Shown piece by piece: positions 54,936 through 64,000 of a stretch of DNA of 64,000 bases (position 1 is its first letter; each line of letters starts with the position of its first letter). The position numbers and the translations under genes are program-made. The stretch is from the human T2T-CHM13v2.0 reference genome, Homo sapiens. The notes beneath the pieces are model-generated. The model searched no databases. It worked only from the letters and a program-made list of their open reading frames with translations, and had not been told where the DNA came from. The DNA lies in the NCBI RefSeq assembly GCF_009914755.1, contig NC_060930.1, one strand, 5' to 3'.

Positions 54936-55056
54936 CAGAATCATTCTGAACTCCTGTATTCCTTTGACATCAATGGCTAAATTATTTTTCCACCTTCACC
55001 TTGCCAGGAAAGGCTGCCAGAACCATCTTTGTGTTCATCGTCTCTTGGATGGACTA
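54936..55056 (-). pseudogene. Candidate fossil exon
   Basis: Acceptor ttcatcacttcacAG, donor ctg|GTAAGA; fragments SIQETMNTKMVL and IDVKGIQEFRMIL in different frames, with stops. Confidence 0.4.
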
Positions 55057-55439
55057 CTGTGAAGTGATGAATTGGGAGTAGAGACAGGGAGCAGGGATGG
55101 GGAGGGGGAAGTAGCCCCAGATGAGCAGAACAGACTACAGACTATTCTTGTTTTCTTTAATAGCTGTGTTAACAGTTTCTAGGAGATGATTTAAACCAAT
55201 ATTGCTACTTTAAAGAATTTCTAGTTAAGTTATCTCTCTTTTTGAACAATGAAATCTCTGTTCTCAGTGGCTCTTTTCCTTTGAACTCTTTTAAATCAAT
55301 TAATTTTAATTGAGGATATATATCCCTGTTCATTCCCTGTGTTTTAGATGAGTATGTCTGGTTCTATTTCAGTATCCTGAAATAAGATAATATTAATAGC
55401 TTTCTCATCTTATGAAATACTTATATATGTGTGTTTGCA

Positions 55440-55800
55440 TATATACATATGAACAGTTATCTGTTACTTGCTTAATATCAATTTCCCTGTGTTATAACAA
55501 AAACCACATGAAAATAGCCTTCTTTGTCTTAGTCACCTCTGGATCCCCCATATCTAGTACAAGGTTTGGCATATAGTAGGTCTCAATGATTATTATCGAA
55601 AAATAAATTTGGGCTCAAATCTGAATTCTATCACTTAGAACATTTCTGACCTTAGATAAGTTAATTAACTTAAGCCTTAATCTCGTCACCTATAATAATA
55701 GTACCTTACTCATAGAGATTGTGTTGCAGTTAAATAGAGCTTAGTGAGATGCCTGGCACCCAGCAAGGAGTTATTAAATGTTAGCTGTTTGTGGTTGTTA
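55440..55800 (+). mobile_element. L2 3' end followed by MIR
   Basis: tggcatatagtaggtctcaat; tgaccttagataagttaattaac...tgcctggcacccag. Confidence 0.65.
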
Positions 55801-56259
55801 GCTCTGGCCCACCTGTGGCTTCTGGCAGAGAAATTTGTGACAGGACGATAATTTCAAGTATGATACATTATATACTTGGCTTACTTGGTGAAGAATTTTG
55901 ACTATTTTAAAAATTATACCTAAATTCCCTCTGCATGTTTCACTATCAACATTTCTAGTTATTGCTTTTCAACAATCCAAAATGTTGATTTATGAGATCT
56001 GATGGTTTGGTTGATCTCTAGGTTGTATAAAGTTAATGAATGTCGTGTGTAAACAGCAGTATTAATTGTCTGAGAGACCATAGGCTAGTTCAGATTGGTT
56101 TACTAATACCTGTTTGTAAACTTAGGTTAACAACAAGTTATAAAAGTTTAGCAATAAATTTACCACTCTGAGCTGTTAAATATTCAGACACTAAAAATAT
56201 TTAGGGTAGGGAAATTTAGGGGAACTGATTTGCCACTATATATATACACACATTAGAAT

Positions 56260-56735
56260 TTTGAGGCTATATAGCCTTAAAGAGGAGGGCATCTGTCATT
56301 CTTGATAACATGGATGATGGACCTGGAGGACATTATGTTAAGTATTAATAAGCCAGACATAGAAAGACAAATACTGTATGATTGATCTCACTTACATGTG
56401 TAAATAAAATAGTCATACTCATAGAAGCAAAGAGTAGAATGATGGTTACCAGAGGCTGAGAGTAGTGGAAATGGAGAGACGATGATCAAATGATACAGTT
56501 TCAGCTAAACACAGGAATACAGTTTTTGAGATCTATTATCTTTTGAGTCACAATCAGGTGACTATAATTAGTAATAATGTGTTGTATATTTCTAAGTTGC
56601 TTAGAGCAAATTTCAAATGTTCTCCCCACAAAAAATCATAAGTATTTGAGGTGATGGATATGAGATTAGCTTGTCATTCCACATTGTATACATATATCGT
56701 AACATCACAATAAAATAAGATATAAAAAATAAAAT
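56260..56735 (+). mobile_element. L1MA 3' end
   Basis: acatggatgatggacctggaggacattatgttaag...agtagaatgatggttaccagaggctg. Confidence 0.85.
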
Positions 56736-57059
56736 GAGATGTGATAACCAGAAAGGTGATTATTTCAGACCATAAGATTATATGCTTTGTAACAACAAAA
56801 AATGAATGAAAAACTCTTAGAAATATTAAGGATATTAAGTAAAATGATCAGACATAAAATAAATACAAATGAATAATATTTATTATATTGTAAAAACAAC
56901 CCACTATAAAATATTAAAAATATGACATTCTAAATAGCAAGAAAAAATTATATAGGGAAAAATAAGCATGGAGCATTATATAGCAGTTTAAAGCAACAAC
57001 AGCTATACTGAGTGTGTGTATATATATTACATATGAGTCTGTATACATATATACATACA

Positions 57060-59260
57060 CTCAATTAATTTCCATGACAAGGCATATATCTTCATTTACA
57101 GTCTTTATGTATTTTGATAAATTTATAAATATCTTTGTAAAGCTCTTACCTAAATTTTGCTAGATTTATTACTAGGCAACATATTTTGATGATATTATGC
57201 ATTATCTTTTTTAAAAATGTAGCTGAAATAGTAGAGACATTATTTTTGCATTCTTTTAGCCTTTTTGCACTTGTTATTACTGATAAATCTGGATTATTAC
57301 TATCACCTGATTTTGTCCTTTCTTTTCTCCCACCTTTTCTATGTTTCTTTTGTAATCTTTTCTTCCTTTCTTTAGATAGGTGAAATATTTTTCTTATTCC
57401 ATATTTTCTACTTGTTGGAAGGTTGTCTGTTATACTGGTATTCTGATTGGTTACCTTAATCATTTTAGCATGTATACCTAACTTATCAAAGTTTACATTT
57501 AATTAATATCTTTATCAACATTGTAAACAATATCAGGTTCTTAAATCACTCTAACACCAATCACCTGCCTGCTGACTATTAGCAGTCAGTGGTTAGTCTT
57601 TTAGGTCTATTTTTCACCCTGTCTCTGCAAGAGCTATGATTACACAATCAATGATTTACTCATCTCATTATCATTTTCTTTGCCCATTACTCCTTTTCCT
57701 TGCATCTCAGATCTTCCATTTGTGATTGCTTTCCTTCTACCTGAGGTACAACACTCAGAAATTTCCTGTTAAGTGTCAGTTGGAAGCAAAGTCTCAATTT
57801 ATATTTGTTTGCAAAGATCTTTAGATATTGCTCCTGATATGTATTTTGCTGAGTGTACAACTCTAGCTGCGAATGTTTTTTTTTTAAATTTTTTGCACAT
57901 TGAACATACAATTTCGCAGTCTTTTGCCTTGTTGCTTTGAGGAAGTCATCTCATAGTCTAATTGTTATTTCATTTTAGGTGGCTGTCTTTTCTATTTGGC
58001 TACTTGTTTTTGCCTCTGGTGTTGTGTACTTTCATCATAATGTGTCTAGGTGTGGAATTATTTATATTCATTCTGTTTTGTACTGTTAGGCCTCCTGGAT
58101 AAGAAGGTTGAATAAGTTCATTTATGGAAAATTCTCAGCCATTCTCTTCAAAGGTACTTCTGACTCATTTTCCATTTTAGAACTTTGAGCTTCTCATACT
58201 GTCTTTCATGGCTTTCACTTCTCTCTTATAGTTTCGACTCTGTCATTCTTTGCTGTGTTATAGACATTTCTTTAGATTTCTTTGTTCATTAATATTCTTC
58301 ATCTCCACTTAAGTTCTATTAAACTCTTCTATTGAGTTTTAAATTCTAATAATTATATTTTTATTTTCTTGAAGTTCTACTGTTTTATAAATATCTGGTC
58401 ATTTAAAACGTCTCTTTTTTTCAATCATATGTTTAAAATTGCCCTCTTTATTTTGTTAAACATGTAAAACATACATTGATTTATAATTTTTCTCATAATA
58501 CCAATAGCTGATGGTTTTTTGGGAGCAGGGGCGGTTGTTCATGTTGCCTTATTTCCTTGTTTCTGTTGGGAATTTTATTAAATCATGATTTCCAATTCCT
58601 TAGAATTTTATCTGAGTAAAGTTTTTGAGGATTGGTTTAAAGGTGTATTTCTCCAGAGATGATTTACATTTTTTCTGTTGATCAACTGGAGACATTACCA
58701 ACTTGGGATCACTTTAAAGAAAATTCTGAATTTGTGGTTCTTTATATCTACAAAGTAGAGTGAATTTGGACTATAACCTATGCAGGACCAACTTGTTGTT
58801 ACCAGTTTTCAAGGAAGATTTTTTTTCTCCTTTTCCCAGCACCAACATTGAAGATAATTTCCCTTGCTGTCCCTTTGGGAACAGGAGAAGGATGTGTTTA
58901 TTTGTAGCTCACCATAACACAGATGATATAGCTCTTTAGGGCACCAGCTATATACATGGTGGGTGGGCCCTGGTCTTTGTCTCCTGTCTTCTATAGCTTG
59001 TTAGGCCTTGAAAACTGAAGTTCCAGTTAACCTAGAATCAGCCTTCAAAATGTAAGTTGCTCTTAGTTTGGCTAATTGCTCTGTATTCCCTCTTTCCCTT
59101 AGTTACTAGAATCTTAAAATTTCTTACTTCTTTGACAGGTTATAGATATGTTTAAAATGATACTCTAAATATTACCCTCCATTTTAGCAGAAATGACTGT
59201 TAGCAGAAAAGTCTGTCAGGATCTTTAATCGACTATTTGGAAACAGAAGTTCCGAGATCT
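57060..59260 (-). mobile_element. Old L1M fragments
   Basis: T-rich antisense L1-like sequence (ggaaaattctcagccatt, atgtgtctaggtgtgg). Confidence 0.6.
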
Positions 59261-59489
59261 GTTTTTCAGAAAGAATGCTCCCTAGTGTCTTATATTTTTT
59301 GGATATTTGTGCAATTCTTGGCATGTCTTTGGACTATGATCATGGTTTTTGTTGTTGCTGTTATTTTGTTGTTTCTGATTTATTCTATTAGTTACCAGAT
59401 GTGAACTTAAACGGTTCTTGGGAATTTGATCAAATGCATTATTTTGGTAACTTGTTTGAAGTCTGCTGGGATATAGTATTATATCAAAA

Positions 59490-59875
59490 TGCAGTGTTAG
59501 TGTTGTGGAAACGTGAGAAAAAAATTAGCATGGGAATATACAAGATGAACTTGAGCATCTTGTAATGCCAGAAAGTAAGGATGTGTTAAAAAAAAAATCT
59601 GCAACGATGGGGCTATGTCAAAGGGACACAAGAACCAACTGAAAAAGTTCCCAATGGTTAAAGCTGAAGCAATTTGAGCAATAGAATAAACAAAGTAGTA
59701 TCATACCCAAAGTATAAAATAAATATCTATGCATCCATACTGATATACAGAAATGATTGAATAAGTAAATAAATAGGGGAGAATAAACAATTCTAAATAA
59801 TTTATGTAGCTATTCCTCTCTCAAGGAAATAAAACATAACTCCCCAATCTTGACGTGTGGCCTATACACAGTGAC
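59490..59875 (+). mobile_element. L1MC/MD 3' UTR fragment
   Basis: gagcatcttgtaatgccagaaagtaagg...aagctgaagcaatttgagcaa. Confidence 0.65.
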
Positions 59876-60254
59876 TTTTTTCTTTTTTAAAATTTTTTAT
59901 TTCAATAGGTTTTTGGGGAACAAGTGGTGTTTGGTTACATAAATAAGTTCTTTAGTGGTGATTTCTGAGACTTTGGTTCACCCATCACCCAAGCAGTGTA
60001 CACTGTACCCAATATATAATAGTCTTTTATTCCTCATCCCCCTACCACCCTTTCCCCTGAGTCCCCAAAGTTCATTGTATCATTCTTATGCATTTGCATC
60101 TCCATAGTTTCATTCCCACTTATGAGTGAGAACATATGATGTTTGGTTTTCCATTCCTGAGTTAATACACTTAAAATAATGGTCTCCAATTCCATCCTGG
60201 TTGCTGTGCAGGCCATTATTTCATTCCTTTTTATGGCTGAGTAGTATTCCATGG

Positions 60255-60470
60255 TGTGTGTGTATGCATGTATGTGTGTGTGTATATACATACACACACA
60301 CACACATATACATATACACGTGCGTGTGTATATATATGTGTGTGTATATGTATATATACATATATAAAATGTTTTATATATATATAACATTTTCTTTATC
60401 CATATATCTATATATCTATATGTGTGTGCGTGTATACATACATATATATATATATAACATTTTCTTTATC
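60255..60470. repeat. Compound (TG)/(TA)/(CA)n expansion within the L1PB
   Basis: Directly visible; includes a duplicated tatataacattttctttatcca. Confidence 0.9.
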
Positions 60471-61684
60471 CACTCACTGATTGATGGGCATTTGGGCTGG
60501 TTCCATATTTTTGCAATTGTGAATTGTGCTGCTGTAAACATGCATGTGCAAGTACGTTTTTTGTATAATGAATTCTATTCCTCTGGGTAGATAGCCATCA
60601 GTGGGGTTGCTGGATCAAATGGTAGATCTACTTTTAGTTCTTTAAGGAATCTCCACACTGTTTTCCATAGTGGTTGTACTAGTTTACATTCCCACCAGTA
60701 GTGTAAAAGTATTCCCTTTTCACCATATCCACACCGACATCTATTATTTTTTGATTATGGCCACTCTTGCAGGTGTAAGGTGGTATTGCATCATGGTTTT
60801 GATTTGCATTTCAGTGATCATTAGTGATGTTGAACACTTTTTTTCACGTTTGTTGGCCATTTGTGTATCTTCTTTTGAGAATTGCCTATTAATGTCCTTA
60901 GCCCACTTTTTGATGGGATTGTTTTTTTTCTTGCTGATTTGTTTGAGCTCCTTGTAAATTCTGGATATTAGTTCTTTGTCAGATGTACAGATTGTGAAGA
61001 TTTTTTCCCACTCTGTAGGTGGTCTGTTTACTCTGCTGATTGTTTCTCTTGCTGTGCAGAAGCTTTTAGTTTAATTAAGTACCATCTATTTATCTTTGTT
61101 TTTCTTGCATTTGCTTTTGGGTTCTTGGTCATAAAATCTTTGTCTAAGACAATGTCTAGGAGGGGTTTTCCTATGTTATCTTCTAGAATTTTTATGTTTT
61201 TCAGGTCTTAGATTTAAGTCTTTGATCCATATTTAGTTGATTTTTGTTTAAGGTGAGAGATGAGGATCCAGTTTCTAATTCTACTTGTGGCTTGCCAATT
61301 ATCCCAGCACCATTTGTTAAAAAGGGTGTCCTTTCCCCACTTTATGTTTTTGTTTGCTTTGTCAAAGATAAGTTGGCTGTAAGTATTTGGCTTTATTTTG
61401 GGGTTCTCTATTCTGTTCCATTGGTCGATGTGCCTATTTTTATATGAGTACCATGCTGTTTTGGTGACTATAGCTTTATAGTATAGTTTGAAGTTGGGTA
61501 ATGTGATGCCTCCAGATTTGTTCTTTTTGCTTAGTATTCCTTTGGCTCTGTGGGCTTTATTTGGTTCAATATGAATTTTAGGATTTTTTTTCTAGTTCTG
61601 TGGATAATGATAGTGCTATTTTGATGGGAATTGCATTAAATTTGTAGATCACTTTTGGAAGTATGGTCATTTTCACAACATTGA

Positions 61685-62042
<358 letters not shown>

Positions 62043-64000
62043 TATGATTTCTTTTAGCAGTGTTTTGTAGTTTTCCTTGTAGAGGTCTTTCACCTCCTTG
62101 GTTAGGAATATTCCTAATTATTTTGATTTTTTAAATTTTTTATTTTTTTTTTTTGCAGTTATTGTAAATGGGGTTGAGTTCTTTATTTGATTCTCAGCTT
62201 GATCATTGTTGGTGTATAGCAGTACTACTTATTTGTGTACATTAATTTTGTTTTCTGAAACTTTTCTGAATTCATTGATCAGTTCTAGGAGCTTTTTGGA
62301 TAAGTCTTAAGAGTTTTCTAGGTATATGATCATATCATCAGCAAACAGTGACAGTTTGACTTCCTCTTTACTGATTTAGATGCCCTTGATTTCTTTCTCT
62401 TGTCTGATTGCTCTGGCTAGGACTTCTAGTACTATGTGGAATAGAAGTGGTGAATAGAAATAGAAGTGGTTGAATAGAAGTAGGCATCCTTGTCTTATTC
62501 CAGTTCTCAGGGGGAATGCTTTCAACTTTTCCCCGTTCAGTATAATGTTGGTTGTTGGTTTGTCATAGATGACTTTTATTACATTAAGGTATTTCCCTTC
62601 TATGCCAATTTTGCTGAGGGTTTTAATGATTAAGGGATGCTGAATTTTGTCAGATGTTTTCTCCATGTTTTTAAAGATTATTGTATGGTGTTTGTTTTTA
62701 ATTCTAGTTATGTGGTGTATCACATTTATTGACTTGTGTATATTAAACCAGTCCTGCATCCCTGATATGAAACCCACTTGATCATGGTGGTTTACCTTTT
62801 TCATATGCTGTTGGATTTGGTTAGCTAGTATTTTGTTGAGGATTTTGGCATCTATGTTCATCAGGGATATTGGTCTGTAGTTTTCTTTTTTTGTTATGTC
62901 CTTTCCTGTTTTTGGTAGTAGGGTGATACTAGCTTCATAGAATGATTTAGTGGGGATTCCTTCTTTCTGTATCTTCTGGAATATTTGTCAGAAGGATTGG
63001 TACCAATTCTTGGAATGTTTGACAGAATTCAGCTGTAAATCCTTCTGGTCCTGGATTTTTTTTATTGGTTGGCAATTTTTAAATTACAGTTTCAGTCTTG
63101 CTGCTTGTTATTGGTCTGTTCAGAGTTTCTATTTATTCCTGGTCTAATCTAGGAGGGTTGTATATTTTCAGGAATTTATCCATCTCCTTTAGGTTTTCTA
63201 CTTTATGTGTGTAAAGGTTTTCATAGTAGCCTTGAATGATCTTTTGTGTTTCTGTGGTATCATTTGTAATATCTTCTGTTTCATTTCTAATTGAGCTTAT
63301 TGATCTTATCTCTTCTTTTTTTGGTTAATCTCACTAATGGTCTATCTATTTTATTTATCTTTTCAAAGAACCAGCCTTTTGTTTCATTTATCTTTTGTAT
63401 TGTTTTTGTTTGTTTCAATTTAATTTAGTGCTGCTGTGATCTTGGTTGTTTCTTTTCTTCCCTTGGGTTTGGGTTTGCTTTGTTCTTGTCTGTCTAGTTC
63501 CTTGAGGTGTGACCTTAGATTGTCTGTTTGTGCTCTTTTAGACTTTTTGATGTAGGCATTTAATGCTACAAACTTTCCTCTTACACCACTTTTGCTGTGT
63601 CCCAGAGGTTTTGATATGTTATGTCATTATTATTGTTCAGTTCAAAGAATTTTTAAATTTCCCCTTTGATTTCATTGTTAACCCAGTGATCATTCAGAAG
63701 CAGGTTATTGAATTACCATGTATTTGTATGGTTTTGAGGGTTCCTTTTGGAGTTGATTTCCAATTTTATTCCACTGTGGCCTGAGAGAGTACTTGATATA
63801 ATTTCAATTTTCTTAAATTTATTCAGACTTGTTTTGTAGCCTATGATATGGTCTATCTTGGAGAATGCTCCATGTGCTAAGTAGAATGTATATTCTGCAG
63901 TTGTTAGGTAGAATGTTCTGTAATTATTTGTTACATCTATTTCTTCTAGGGGAAAGTTTAAGTCCATTGTTTCTTTGTAAACTTTCTGTCTTGATGGCCT

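Noticed and set aside
60034-60590. ORFs rich in Y/I/C/V/H/T
   Set aside because: Translation of TA/TG/CA microsatellite inside an L1.
62376-62861. 161-aa reverse-transcriptase-like ORF
   Set aside because: Fragment of degraded L1PB ORF2; no intact ORF, and not a novel RT system.

Overview
Human-type, AT-rich, CpG-poor genomic DNA. An AluYa5 at 61742-62042 points to Homo sapiens. I find no intact protein-coding gene, RNA gene or CpG island. Roughly half the window is interspersed repeat: about 14 Alu/FLAM/FRAM copies, many L1M/L1PA/L1PB fragments, L2/MIR, a full two-LTR THE1 element, solo MLT/MST LTRs, an ERV1 env remnant and hAT MITEs. The long ORFs in the supplied track are almost all repeat-derived. 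The main non-repeat signal is about 20 short minus-strand blocks, from about 55 kb down to about 2 kb. Most are flanked by a polypyrimidine-AG acceptor and a GT donor, and they translate to E/Q/K/L-rich, coiled-coil-like peptides broken by stops and frameshifts. Several neighbouring blocks join in the correct phase. I read this as the fossil of a large intron-containing coiled-coil protein gene (unprocessed, possibly unitary pseudogene) that I cannot name. Repeat subfamily labels come from recall of consensus sequences, and their boundaries are approximate.
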